Positions 1 through 9,831 are shown, numbered from the stretch's first letter. The stretch: 64,000 nucleotides of DNA from Candidatus Heimdallarchaeota archaeon (GCA_020353515.1 CP070695.1:2802155-2866154), one strand, 5' to 3'. Translations and numbers: made by a program. Notes: generated by a model not told the origin, from the letters alone.

Positions 1-974
1 ATCACAGTCAATTGAGAAGTATCATAGAAGGAGTCAAGATTATCAAGGTTATCATCATCATCCAGAAACCAGAGCGCCTTTTTTTGAAGAAATTGTGAAA
101 GACTTTTGATCAATAACAACCTATCAGAATCATTTTCATCATTTGAGGATGTTACACCTGTGATCACAGGATATATAGTGTCTATTTGACTTTTAGAAGA
201 AGAATCATCTGTTATTGGTTTAGAAAGTCCATCAAAAGGTTCAGATTTAAACCAAAGGACATCAAACTCTTTATCTGCTAAATAATTCGTTATTTCCTTT
301 TGTAAGTTTGATCGAGGTTGTTTATAATCTTTTAAGGTATGCTGACAAATATCTTTGAACTGATTTTCCAGAATGTTTAATGGAACATCTAAGTTGGTGC
401 CTAAGATATTACTTAAAATCTTGAAATATTGTGTTCTGGGAAATCTCTCCCCCTTTTCATATTTGTAAAGTGATTGTCGGGAAATCCCAACTTTTTTCGC
501 AAGGATCGTCATATCTAACTGTAATTGTTTTCTACGTGTTTTAAATTTCTCCTTTGAAAGATTGACATAAACTCCTCCCCGATGTGCAAATTTTGAGATT
601 TTTGCTGATTCTAAACCCCTTTCATATTGAAGAAACATTTGTAGTGTTTTTAATGAGATTGCAGAGATATTATGTCTCCGATATAACGTTCCTTTCTTGA
701 TGTGTTTCCTAGTTGCAGAATGTGAGATTAATAAGGGACATCCAGAGATGAGTTTTGAAATTAGTTGAAGATCGATTGAAGTCTGTTTTTTAAAAAAATC
801 TAAATCAACAACAACTTTAGTAATAATTTTTTTAGGATTTGGTCTTAAACTCATTAAATCAGTCTTTTTTGCGATAAAATCAAAAGCATTCGATTGGAAA
901 TTCTCGTTCCACAAAGAATAACCTGCTTTGTGAAATTCACTTTTTGTTTGAGTAATTAACCTTTCTTTAGTCAT
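1..974 (-). CDS. Archaeal XRE/Cro-type HTH transcriptional regulator (COG1395-like); 3' end runs off the window
   Basis: Not in the ORF track. Manual translation from ATG at 974 gives MTKERLITQ...FDFIAKK...LYRRHNISAI...HRGGVYVNL...LAKKVGISRQSLYKYEKG, the nuclease-like N-domain + RGGxYV + HTH pattern of this family. Confidence 0.85.
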   Translation of the reverse strand, partial: MTKERLITQTKSEFHKAGYSLWNENFQSNAFDFIAKKTDLMSLRPNPKKIITKVVVDLDFFKKQTSIDLQLISKLISGCPLLISHSATRKHIKKGTLYRRHNISAISLKTLQMFLQYERGLESAKISKFAHRGGVYVNLSKEKFKTRRKQLQLDMTILAKKVGISRQSLYKYEKGERFPRTQYFKILSNILGTNLDVPLNILENQFKDICQHTLKDYKQPRSNLQKEITNYLADKEFDVLWFKSEPFDGLSKPITDDSSSKSQIDTIYPVITGVTSSNDENDSDRLLLIKSLSQFLQKKALWFLDDDDNLDNLDSFYDTSQLTV

Positions 975-1184
975 TGTTTCCTGGACTGACATTGGATATT
1001 CCAATATTTTAACTGAAATAATAAGACCATGAGATAGGTAGACCAACCAAAACCCGAATTCGGGCTTTATGGTCATCCAAGAGTGAATCCCAGGGGAACT
1101 CCACCTTAAGAAGAAGGGGAGGATTATGATTATCCTGAATATTTATTTTTTTATAAATCTCCTTCTTATTAGCTTTCACAATGA

Positions 1185-1291
1185 TGGACCGACCGGGATT
1201 TGAACCCGGGAGCTCCGCCTTGCGAAGACGGCGTGAATGACCTGACTTCATGTAGATGCTAGTTCTCCGCATTTTATTTCACTATCGGCCC
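1185..1291 (-). tRNA. tRNA-Ala(CGC) with a 31-nt D-loop intron (about 1247-1277, position 14/15)
   Basis: Acceptor GGGCCGA/TCGGTCC with G3:U70; anticodon arm CCGTC-TTCGCAA-GGCGG; T-loop TTCAAAT; extra hairpin ATGC..GCAT in the D arm with relaxed BHB geometry. Confidence 0.9.
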
Positions 1292-1681
1292 TGGTTATAC
1301 TTCCAAGTTGCTGAATGTTGTTAAATCATTTCCTTAACTGTTAATATTCTCTATTATATAAACTTAGATTATTTCCTTTATTGAGAACTAGCTTATTTTC
1401 AACAAAAATCGCTGTTTTCATAAAAAGTAAAAGATTTTCTTAGGATATTAAAGTGAATGTAAATTCATTTCAATACAACAATCAAATTTCTGATCTTAGT
1501 AAATCATTCTCTTGATTAATTCATTTGAGTATATAAGAAACATTCAGATCTTTTTCCCTAGCCCTATTCAAACCCTCAAGAGAACTGAGTAATTTTGACT
1601 CACTTTTTGGAGAAGAATATGAAGGATTATATCTGTTTTCAAATCAAGGATCCTGATATATATATAAAGAAAAGAGAATAG

Positions 1682-1993
1682 TTATCCAAACAAAGAGGAT
1701 AAACCAAGATCATCACCCTCTTCTTCTTTCTCTTCTTCTACTTCCTCAGTTTTCCCTTCTTTAACATCTTTGGAAGGTTCAGCTGTACCTGAAACTCCTG
1801 GTACTGCAGCTGTAACTAAAGAAGCCCCTTTGATTGCTTCATCAATGTCTATTGATGTTAATGTCGAGACAAGGCCTTTAATTTTAGATTCATCTGGTTT
1901 TCCACCAGCGGCTTTGATGATTGCATCAATTCCCTTTTCTGTTATTTTTTTGCCTGATGCGTGTAGAACTAAAGCAGCATGTAGATATTGCAA
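1682..1993 (-). CDS. rpl12: Ribosomal stalk protein P1/L12p
   Basis: YLHAALVLH N-terminus, Ala-rich hinge, acidic tail ending GLSSLFG. Confidence 0.97.
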   Translation of the reverse strand: MQYLHAALVLHASGKKITEKGIDAIIKAAGGKPDESKIKGLVSTLTSIDIDEAIKGASLVTAAVPGVSGTAEPSKDVKEGKTEEVEEEKEEEGDDLGLSSLFG

Positions 1994-2313
1994 TTGTATT
2001 CACATCCTCATAATAATCAAGTATTATTCCTTTTTAAGGTTCATAGTGAGTCCTAACAGCACTGATAAATATTTTTGTTTTATTCACACTTCATAGTGTT
2101 ACTTAGAACTCTCTTACTTCTATTTTTAGCATTTTTCACCAAAGGTTTATCTGTGTAATGGAAAGAATTCTAGTTGTCTTGCAAAGAAAACTGATTTAAT
2201 CTTTTTCCCAAAAAAACGGGGTGTCTATGTCATCCAAAAACCCAAACTAATGGAAAGTTTCATACAATCTTGTAAATTATTCCTGTTAAAAGAGGTTTTA
2301 AGAGATGAAAAAT

Positions 2314-2512
2314 TGGGGACGGCCGGATTTGAACCGGCGATCTTCGGACACCATGCAACTAGCATTGGTGACACCGAGTTTCCTCATTTTTCCAGAACTT
2401 CATCATGAGTTTCAGTTAACCCAGTGGAGTTCACAGGGGGTTCTGGAGCCCGGCGCGATACTTGTCCGGTCCCGCTAGAAGCTAGCGGAACCACTAGCTT
2501 CGCTACGTCCCC
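2314..2512 (-). tRNA. tRNA-Trp(CCA) with three introns (about 2462-2493, 2380-2442, 2342-2371)
   Basis: Acceptor GGGGACG/CGTCCCC; anticodon arm CCGGG-CTCCAG|A-CTCGG; T arm GCCGG-TTCAAAT-CCGGC. Removing 32+63+30 nt leaves a 74-nt cloverleaf. Confidence 0.9.
2380..2442 (-). ncRNA. Intron-encoded C/D box guide RNA in pre-tRNA-Trp (predicted Cm34 and Cm39)
   Basis: The intron contains guide CACTGGGTT, box CTGA, box ATGATGA, guide GTTCTGGA and box ATGA. The guides pair with the tRNA's own AACTCGGTG and TCCAGAAC, and the D+5 rule lands on C39 and C34. Confidence 0.85.
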
Positions 2513-2667
2513 AATGAATGCGAAGTTGAATCTTAGTCCTTAGTTGGAGGTAGAAGAAGTTCCTTTTTATAAATTTTCGGATTCGGCTTTTATTTGGTAA
2601 GGAACCTCAAGAATTATATCATAAACATAAGCAGTACATCCCTGATTTCAGCAAAAAGTAATTGACA

Positions 2668-3381
2668 TCATGGACAAGATATTTTTTGAAAGTCAATAAT
2701 GAGCTGGTGAGAGAGAGAATATAGAGACGGTGTTTTAAGGATCCATGAAAAAAAGTCAAAACAATATGGGGCTTCTGTTAAAACAGTCGAATCATGAGAT
2801 AAAACTACTTCCTTGGTTTGATTTTTTAAGCACCAATCGACAGATTTGTAGACATCACATGAACCTACTATCTTAAATTCTTGAAAAAATTTGGAAAATA
2901 ATTTCACATGTTCTTTACTAAAGCTTATTTGCTTATCAAAGTAAAAATGAAGATTTCCTGGCTTTAATTTTAATAATAACTTGAAATAAGGGATTAAGAG
3001 TTTACGATCGATTTGTAAATCTTTTTTCGCATGTAGTGAAGAAAAAATATCTCTTAAAACACCATCACGACATATTATAACTGGATCCCTGTTATTAAGA
3101 GAGTAAAACGTTGTAAGTTGATTGTAAGCGTCAATATGAAAGGTTGTTCCCTTTAGTGAACCAGAATCTCTTAATAAATTATTCTGGATTATGTGGACAA
3201 TATCTAATGGGAGAACAGCACGGTTTAAGATATTTCGTAGGTTTTTATCAAGAGTATAGTGGTTTGCAACGAACATAAGAGCACTTTTCTTAGGAAAACC
3301 TCGATCTAGCAAGTAGAGTAAATCACAGTAGGCTTGATTTAGTGAAGACTCATCTTGAGAGGAGGAGTCAAAAAGAAACAC
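2668..3381 (-). CDS. DUF434 family protein
   Basis: DLLYLLDRGFPKKSALMFVANHY, IDAYNQL and CRDGVLRDI motifs. Confidence 0.85.
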   Translation of the reverse strand: MFLFDSSSQDESSLNQAYCDLLYLLDRGFPKKSALMFVANHYTLDKNLRNILNRAVLPLDIVHIIQNNLLRDSGSLKGTTFHIDAYNQLTTFYSLNNRDPVIICRDGVLRDIFSSLHAKKDLQIDRKLLIPYFKLLLKLKPGNLHFYFDKQISFSKEHVKLFSKFFQEFKIVGSCDVYKSVDWCLKNQTKEVVLSHDSTVLTEAPYCFDFFSWILKTPSLYSLSHQLIIDFQKISCP

Positions 3382-3969
3382 TTAATCCACCAAAATGCAT
3401 TTATTTAGATATTTGATTAATTTCTGAGTAGCAAGAAATCGATGTGAAAGGGCATTTTTCTTAAGGCCCAGTTCACCATATGTTAAGGTCCCGTCACAAT
3501 CGGGAATGAATATAGGGTCATATCCCCATCCTAAATCAGAAATTTCAAGAGATATCTGGCCTTGTACTCGTTCTGTGAAAACCTTAATTTCATTCTCGTT
3601 TTTTACTGCAATACTAGACTGAAAATAAGCTTCTCGCTTTTTAAACATCTTCATTAGAGTTAAAATCCCCTTTAAACCAAGCGTTCTGAAAATATAAGCT
3701 GAGTATGGGCCTGGAAATCCATTCAATTGCTTAATAAAAAGACCTGAATCCTCCACAAAGATGAGTTTCTCTTTTAGTTTTTTTGCACACTTCTTTAAAG
3801 AAAAAATAGCTATCTCTTCTAAATCAGATGATTGGATTTCCACCAAGTTGGCTTGTAGTAATCTTAATTGAATTGATGTATACTGCTTAAATATTGAATA
3901 AATCTCATCATATTTATGTAAATTACTTGTAACAAGGAATATTTCTGGTTTTTTAGTCGTTTGATTCAT
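3382..3969 (-). CDS. rdgB: Non-canonical purine NTP pyrophosphatase (RdgB/HAM1)
   Basis: TSNLHK, EDSGL, GFPGPYS, GWGYDPIF and SHR motifs. Confidence 0.95.
   Translation of the reverse strand: MNQTTKKPEIFLVTSNLHKYDEIYSIFKQYTSIQLRLLQANLVEIQSSDLEEIAIFSLKKCAKKLKEKLIFVEDSGLFIKQLNGFPGPYSAYIFRTLGLKGILTLMKMFKKREAYFQSSIAVKNENEIKVFTERVQGQISLEISDLGWGYDPIFIPDCDGTLTYGELGLKKNALSHRFLATQKLIKYLNKCILVD
3782..3969 (-). other. N-terminal part of the RdgB/HAM1 gene (see CDS 3382-3969)
   Basis: TSNLHK and EIQ motifs lie in this part of the ORF. Confidence 0.5.
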
Positions 3970-4107
3970 AAATAATTGTGATTATGACTGATGAAATAAG
4001 ATTTATGAATCATTCAAATTCTCCGTTAAATGATTGCTATTAGAAGTTAAACCTTTTAGTACTTTGTAAAGTAGGCTTATGAGTCATTACTTATGGTGAA
4101 GTTATAA

Positions 4108-4566
4108 ATGGCAAGGATGCACGCAAGACGAAAAGGGAAAAGCGGATCTACCAGACCAATATGGAGGAAGACCCCAGAATGGGTTCCCTATTCATCAGAG
4201 GAAATTGAAAACCTAGTAATAGAAAAAGCTAAAGAGGGATTGGGTTCTGCTCAGATAGGATTGATTCTCAGGGATTCCTATGCTATCCCAAGTGTCAAGA
4301 AAATCACTGGAAAATCAGTCACAAAAGTCATGAATGAAAATGATTTAGGGCCAAAAATGCCAGAGGACTTTCTAAATCTTGTCCGGCGTGCGTGGAACCT
4401 ACGTAAACACCTTGAAAGTGGAAATAAGAAAGATAAGCACTCACGACGCGGACTTCAACTTATAGAGTCGAAGATAAGACGACTAGTAAAATATTACAGG
4501 AAAAAAGGTATATTTGAACCTGACTTCAAGTATGAGCCGTCTAATGCAACACTTTACTTAAGATAG
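4108..4566 (+). CDS. rps15: 30S ribosomal protein uS15 (S15P/S13e)
   Basis: [14 protein letters not shown]...[12 protein letters not shown]. Confidence 0.98.
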   Translation: MARMHARRKGKSGSTRPIWRKTPEWVPYSSEEIENLVIEKAKEGLGSAQIGLILRDSYAIPSVKKITGKSVTKVMNENDLGPKMPEDFLNLVRRAWNLRKHLESGNKKDKHSRRGLQLIESKIRRLVKYYRKKGIFEPDFKYEPSNATLYLR

Positions 4567-4703
4567 TTAATTTCCGTCTTTTGAAATGTTAGAATATCAT
4601 AATCACAGCTAGTTAATACTAAACAATGTGCAGTAGATACGGAAAACAGACATTAAAGAGCAGAAACTACAAATAATCTAAAAAAAGGATCGAAGGTTCT
4701 CCC

Positions 4704-5609
4704 TTGTCAGAACAGGATATCGAATCACTTCTTCTAAAGATCTCTAATATGGAGGCTTCAGCTCGAGATATCAAACAACAAAGGGAAGGATTTAATCGGA
4801 AAGTCACCTCAATAGCTAATAAGCGAAATCTATTGAACGAACAGGTGAAAGAACTAATTAAAACTGCAAAAGAAGAACGTGAAAAGCGGGACAATTGCAA
4901 TGGAACAATTTCAAAAATAAAAGAAAAAAAACTACTACTACTAAAAGAAGTTGAAGGATTTGAGGAGCAAGCTAAGAGATTAGATCGTCAATTAAATGGG
5001 ATCCAAGAGAAAAAAGACCAACCAAAACGTCGGTCGGAACTTTCAGCTAGGAAAATTCGTCACAACATCCAAGAATTAGAATGGAAAATCCAGACAACCT
5101 CTAATCTTTCAATTGCAGAAGAAAGAGATATTGTTGAAAAAATTGCTAGACTTGAACAAAAATTTCGTGAGGTTCATGAAACTGATGTAGTTGCGCGTGA
5201 TCTTAAAACAATCCTAAGTCGAATTAATGTGCTAAAAGCCCGATATAGAGGACTAGAAAATGAACTACGTTCACAAGCACGTGAAAGCAGATTTCACCAT
5301 AAAACAATGATTCAAGCTTTTAAAAATGCTGATATCTTACGGAAACAAGCAGATGAACTACATGCACAATTTCTAGAATCAAAAGAACAAGCAAATGCAA
5401 TTCATAACGAATACTTGAGTTATATTCGGGAGATAAGTCATCTTCGTCAAGAAATCAATAAAAATAAGCAGAAATTTCGTGCGCAACAGGATGCTCAACG
5501 TCGAGAAAAGATCGAGGAAAAAACCGAAGATGCCAGGAAAAAATTTGAAGAAGGTCGAAAGTTATCCTTTGAGGAGTTTCGCGCATTAATTGACAAAGGA
5601 CTAATTTAA
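4704..5609 (+). CDS. Archaeal coiled-coil protein (COG1340-like)
   Basis: Heptad-rich; LEWKIQTTSNLSIAEER and GRKLSFEEF are typical of the family. Confidence 0.8.
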   Translation: MSEQDIESLLLKISNMEASARDIKQQREGFNRKVTSIANKRNLLNEQVKELIKTAKEEREKRDNCNGTISKIKEKKLLLLKEVEGFEEQAKRLDRQLNGIQEKKDQPKRRSELSARKIRHNIQELEWKIQTTSNLSIAEERDIVEKIARLEQKFREVHETDVVARDLKTILSRINVLKARYRGLENELRSQARESRFHHKTMIQAFKNADILRKQADELHAQFLESKEQANAIHNEYLSYIREISHLRQEINKNKQKFRAQQDAQRREKIEEKTEDARKKFEEGRKLSFEEFRALIDKGLI

Positions 5610-5692
5610 ATCCGCCTTACATATTTTTATAAAGTATAAGGGATTCTATTAAGGCAATCAAGGGATCCAGTGCTTTATTAACAGAAAAATAA

Positions 5693-7099
5693 TTGACAAC
5701 GGAGACAAATGTCTTGACGAATGAGGCCTCATTTTTTGAGGCATGTCAAATTGTTGCTGAAGATATTCAAAAGGTCAATAATAACTCCCCTATCTACATT
5801 TTTTCCCATCTCGATGCAGATGGACTGACAGCAGCTTCAATACTAGCCGCAACAATCTCGCGGGTTGATTTAAGCTATCATATTCGCATCCTTGATCGTT
5901 TAGAGTATGAAACTTTAAATAGTCTCAAGGATACCTTACCTCAGGGCAGTACAGTCATTTTCTCAGATATAGGAACAGGGGTCGTTGATGCGTTTCAAAA
6001 ATGGGATCAATCTCAAGAAATTTTTATCATAGATCATCATTTCCCAGCATCAAAAACTGAGGTTTCAAGAAATGTTCATCATCTCAATTCTCATTTTTAT
6101 TCCATTGATGGCACAACAGACTTAAGTGGGGCAGGAGTTGCTTATTATGTCTCAATCCAGATGGACAAATTGAACAGGAATTTAGCTCCATTAGCCATTA
6201 TTGGAGCGCTTGGAGATCGTCAGGATCAGGGGAACCAATCATCTTTAATAGGACTAAATAAACTTATTGTAGAAGATGCAAAAAAGTTAAAACTGATTTC
6301 TGATGCTGTTTCTGTGTGGTTCTTTGATAGAACTCGTTCTGTTATCTCAATATTGAGAAACGCTGATTTTTTGCCTTTTGATAATGAACTTGAGATAAGA
6401 GCTTTCTTGGAAGGAGTGAATATATTGTATAAGAAGGGGGATAAGTTAAGACCATTTTATGACTTAAATGAAGAGGAATGCCGCCGTTTAGCTTCAGAAC
6501 TAATTGTACAATATGGTGTTGACCCCAATGAGATTTATAAAAGAGATTACCAACTTAATCAAGAAAAAGTGAATTTTTTAAAAGATGCAAGAGTTTTTGC
6601 CTCTAATCTGAATGCTTGTGGGAGAATACAACAACCTGATGTAGGGATTTCATTATGTTTAGGTGATCGTCAAACTGCTTTACGTAATCTTCAATTGATA
6701 AGAAAGGAGTACTCAAAACAAATTGCTGAAAATATTAGATGGGCAAGTGATAATTTGCAGGAATTAGAAGCTATTCGTCTCTTAGATGGACGAAAAACAA
6801 TAAATGACAGAATGATTGGTACAATTATTTCTATGTTAAGTTCTAAGAGAGATCAAAATCCCAAACCATTGTTAGGATACACACAAACTACTTCAGGAAA
6901 AATCAAAATAAGTATGAGATTGTCTCGTTTCCAAGACATACAAATAGATCTTGGTCACTTATTAACTCAAGTTATGCAGAAAGTTGAACCACAGTCTGAA
7001 GTTGGAGGCCATGCTGCTGCTGCAGGAGCTATAATTTCTGAACGTTTTTTAACCGATTTTATAACCCAGGTTAACCAATTAATTCTAGAGGCTATGTGA
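5693..7099 (+). CDS. DHH family RecJ-like exonuclease (GAN/HAN, Cdc45 homologue)
   Basis: Intact HLDADG, SDIG and IDHH motifs plus DHHA1 GGHAAAAG; usual rps15-recJ-pcc1 context. Confidence 0.92.
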   Translation: MTTETNVLTNEASFFEACQIVAEDIQKVNNNSPIYIFSHLDADGLTAASILAATISRVDLSYHIRILDRLEYETLNSLKDTLPQGSTVIFSDIGTGVVDAFQKWDQSQEIFIIDHHFPASKTEVSRNVHHLNSHFYSIDGTTDLSGAGVAYYVSIQMDKLNRNLAPLAIIGALGDRQDQGNQSSLIGLNKLIVEDAKKLKLISDAVSVWFFDRTRSVISILRNADFLPFDNELEIRAFLEGVNILYKKGDKLRPFYDLNEEECRRLASELIVQYGVDPNEIYKRDYQLNQEKVNFLKDARVFASNLNACGRIQQPDVGISLCLGDRQTALRNLQLIRKEYSKQIAENIRWASDNLQELEAIRLLDGRKTINDRMIGTIISMLSSKRDQNPKPLLGYTQTTSGKIKISMRLSRFQDIQIDLGHLLTQVMQKVEPQSEVGGHAAAAGAIISERFLTDFITQVNQLILEAM

Positions 7100-7102
7100 A
7101 AG

Positions 7103-7366
7103 GTGCCCATTAGAGATATAAAAGTGATTTTAAAGATAGAAACCGAATCCAATGAGCGAGCCGAGCTTATTCACAAATCTATTGATCCAGATAATCTTAC
7201 GGAGCCACCAATGACATTCTACTCAATATATACTTCTAATAGTCTAGAATACAGAATTAACAATGTATTAAGAGTAGAAACCGTGTTAGCTACATTGATA
7301 GATTTATTATCCGCATTCCAGACCATAGAGAACGCTTTAAATGCCTTTACTTCAGAAATAGGATAA
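7103..7366 (+). CDS. pcc1: KEOPS complex subunit Pcc1
   Basis: 87 aa, SIDPDN motif, conserved position downstream of RecJ. Confidence 0.8.
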   Translation: MPIRDIKVILKIETESNERAELIHKSIDPDNLTEPPMTFYSIYTSNSLEYRINNVLRVETVLATLIDLLSAFQTIENALNAFTSEIG

Positions 7367-7406
7367 TAAGATGAATAACAATCTTCAACTAATAATGATA
7401 ATCGAA

Positions 7407-8012
7407 TTAGCTAGCGATTGCTTTCAAAATTTTTGTTTTTTGAATTTCTACTCCTTTTAATGGATAGATCGATTTACATTGAAAGTAAACAAGTGATGAT
7501 AGTTTTCCTCCAGTTGCCTCACGAATGAATTCTTCACTATTGAGTTCAATTGCACGTTCTGCAACAACATCTAGCATTTTTCGTCTAATAGCATCCTTTT
7601 TACTTGTTTTTGAGCGAGTAGTGGTGAAACCTGTGACTGTAATTCTAAAAGGAACTCCATCTTTAGTCTTTACTGTGCTTACACTATCAATACGAGTTCG
7701 TCGCCGTCTAACAAGAAATCTCAGGTAATCTCTCGCAAAAGAATGTCCTTTAAACCGGGTGTGCGCTTTGTTACCAGCAACTTCAATGATCTGGAACTCT
7801 AATTTTACGTGCATCTTTGAGTAGTCATTGTTAATATCAGACAATGAAACCTCAATAACACGGCCAATTAATTTTTCAGGATCATCAGCAATAGTTTCTC
7901 CAATAATCTTTTCTTCCCCCCCTAGAAAGCTTGGTGGAGTATAAATTTGATATAATTGTTTAGCAGACCATTTATCTACCATTCTACGAGGTGATCTTGA
8001 TCGATGGCTCAA
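7407..8012 (-). CDS. rps3ae: 30S ribosomal protein eS1 (S3Ae)
   Basis: DKWSAKQLY, GRVIEVSL, DYLRFLVRRRRTRID and IYPL motifs. Confidence 0.97.
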   Translation of the reverse strand: MSHRSRSPRRMVDKWSAKQLYQIYTPPSFLGGEEKIIGETIADDPEKLIGRVIEVSLSDINNDYSKMHVKLEFQIIEVAGNKAHTRFKGHSFARDYLRFLVRRRRTRIDSVSTVKTKDGVPFRITVTGFTTTRSKTSKKDAIRRKMLDVVAERAIELNSEEFIREATGGKLSSLVYFQCKSIYPLKGVEIQKTKILKAIAS

Positions 8013-8098
8013 TCAACACTAGCTCCTTACTTTTCGCAGTCAGAAATATACAATAGGCCGAGATTAAGAGTAGTCTTTAAGAGTTCTGTTGGCCAAAT

Positions 8099-8233
8099 CT
8101 AAATTTCCATTTCCTCTTCAAATTCTTCCTCTTCTTCGTTATAGAATAGTAAATATGCTAATATCAAAAGAAGAGCCATAATAACCAATGCACTAGCGAT
8201 AAACTTTGCATAGTACCAATTTATAAGAGCCAA
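8099..8233 (-). CDS. Small single-TM protein with acidic tail (44 aa)
   Basis: TTG start with GGAG RBS upstream; MALINWYYAKFIASALVIMALLLILAYLLFYNEEEEEFEEEMEI. Below the ORF-track length cut-off. Confidence 0.7.
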   Translation of the reverse strand: MALINWYYAKFIASALVIMALLLILAYLLFYNEEEEEFEEEMEI

Positions 8234-8326
8234 AAATCAATCTCCACTGTTTATTTCATTAAATATTTTCATATAAGGCTTTTTTTACTTATTATTTATA
8301 TACTATATTCGTTAAAGAAAGGGAGT

Positions 8327-9811
8327 TCAAACAGGTTTATTCTTGATATGCCAATTTTTTTCATATTTTTCAGCCATGATCTCTAGGTTTGGTGAGGTCT
8401 CTCTGTTGTAAAAACTCCGAGAACGAATCTGAAAAAATGTAGGGTAGTTAATCCCTTCTCCTACTAAGAGTGCTTCCCCAACCTCCAAATCAGGAATTAT
8501 TTTGAGAGTAGAACGGTCGATCCCTTCAGAAATCCTTCCAATGAAGTCTTGGTCATACGGGTTTCTGATACGTAGAATCAAATTGGTATTACATTGAGAA
8601 ATCGCTGTTACCGAGAGATTTACTGGACGTTGAGATATTAAACATAAAGAGGCATAGAATTTTCTTCCCTCACGAGCAATAGTTTCAATTATCCGTTTAG
8701 AAATAGAACGAGAAGATTCAGGACAGAATTGATGAGCTTCTTCTACCACAAACAGTGATGGAGGAATGTTACCACGCATACGTAGGTTGTAAAGACATTT
8801 CAAGAAATGTAATACAACGATACTTCGACTTCGTTGATTTTGGATCTCAGATAAATCTAAAATGACAATTTTACCAGGATAAAAAAGCTCTGAGAGATTT
8901 GGACTAGATTCTGTGGAAAATAGATATGAGCGATGTAATGAATATAACCATCCAATCAAAGCCTCTCTTGTTCGTGTATTGATTGTGTCTGAAGTTTCAA
9001 TCTTTCGAATGAGATCTTGGATACCGTAAAGGTTTTTATTTTCTCTTCGTATTTCAGAAATGACATTATCTAAAACTCTAGTTTGCACAACGGAGATTTC
9101 TGGAATGAACTCAGAGATTTCCCATGCAGATAATTCTGGAACTCCAATCGATATGAAGGAACCTTTCACAACTTCGATCCTGGTATCATCTGCCATGGAA
9201 GGTACAATTTTGGAATATTCCCCATGAGGATCTATAACTAGAACAGCTAGCTTACCATGTTTATAAATTTCTTCTAATAGAATAGAAGCTGCATAAGATT
9301 TTCCAGCTCCAGAGATAGCTAGTATAGCAAGATGCTTACGTAGTAATCTAGAAAGATTAATTTGAATTTTCACATTGTTAGAAGCAAGGTCTCCCCAGTA
9401 GATCCCATTCTGATCAAGACCTAGAAATCTAGACACAACTGAAGAAGAAGCCACAAATATCTTTGTCCCTGGAGAAACCGGGTATTTTAATCGCTTAATA
9501 CTTCCACTTTCAAGATTGATTTCTCCGAGAGGTTTTACAACAGCTAAAGTGTTTTCCCATTCTTCTATCGGAAATATCGCGTCATAATTTCGTGATGCAA
9601 TCTCATGGATACTAGAATCTAATGTTTCATAGTAAGCATTATTTTTCTTAATCCCTGTAATTATGCCAATAACAATTTGTTTCTTGTTCTTCGGTATAGT
9701 AACAAATTGCCCTCTTTCAACTTGTAATTGATCATTCTTATCAAGAATCAATACAATATTATCTAAACTCGGTGAGTCTGCTGTAGCAACTACTGTTCCA
9801 ATTGCAGCCAT
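8327..9811 (-). CDS. herA: HerA helicase/translocase
   Basis: N-terminal HAS barrel; Walker A AISGAGKS; DPHGEY; EEAHQF; REGRKF; SQRP; adjacent to nurA. Confidence 0.93.
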   Translation of the reverse strand: MAAIGTVVATADSPSLDNIVLILDKNDQLQVERGQFVTIPKNKKQIVIGIITGIKKNNAYYETLDSSIHEIASRNYDAIFPIEEWENTLAVVKPLGEINLESGSIKRLKYPVSPGTKIFVASSSVVSRFLGLDQNGIYWGDLASNNVKIQINLSRLLRKHLAILAISGAGKSYAASILLEEIYKHGKLAVLVIDPHGEYSKIVPSMADDTRIEVVKGSFISIGVPELSAWEISEFIPEISVVQTRVLDNVISEIRRENKNLYGIQDLIRKIETSDTINTRTREALIGWLYSLHRSYLFSTESSPNLSELFYPGKIVILDLSEIQNQRSRSIVVLHFLKCLYNLRMRGNIPPSLFVVEEAHQFCPESSRSISKRIIETIAREGRKFYASLCLISQRPVNLSVTAISQCNTNLILRIRNPYDQDFIGRISEGIDRSTLKIIPDLEVGEALLVGEGINYPTFFQIRSRSFYNRETSPNLEIMAEKYEKNWHIKNKPV

Positions 9812-9831
9812 GTTTCTTCACTTCTACCAGC

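Noticed and set aside
1021-1140. Fluoride riboswitch (GGTGGAGTTCCCC resemblance)
   Set aside because: The pseudoknot partner GATGACTCC is missing and the downstream gene is not a fluoride-related gene.
1009-1272. 87-aa minus-strand ORF
   Set aside because: It overlaps tRNA-Ala and a structured non-coding segment, so it is a shadow ORF.
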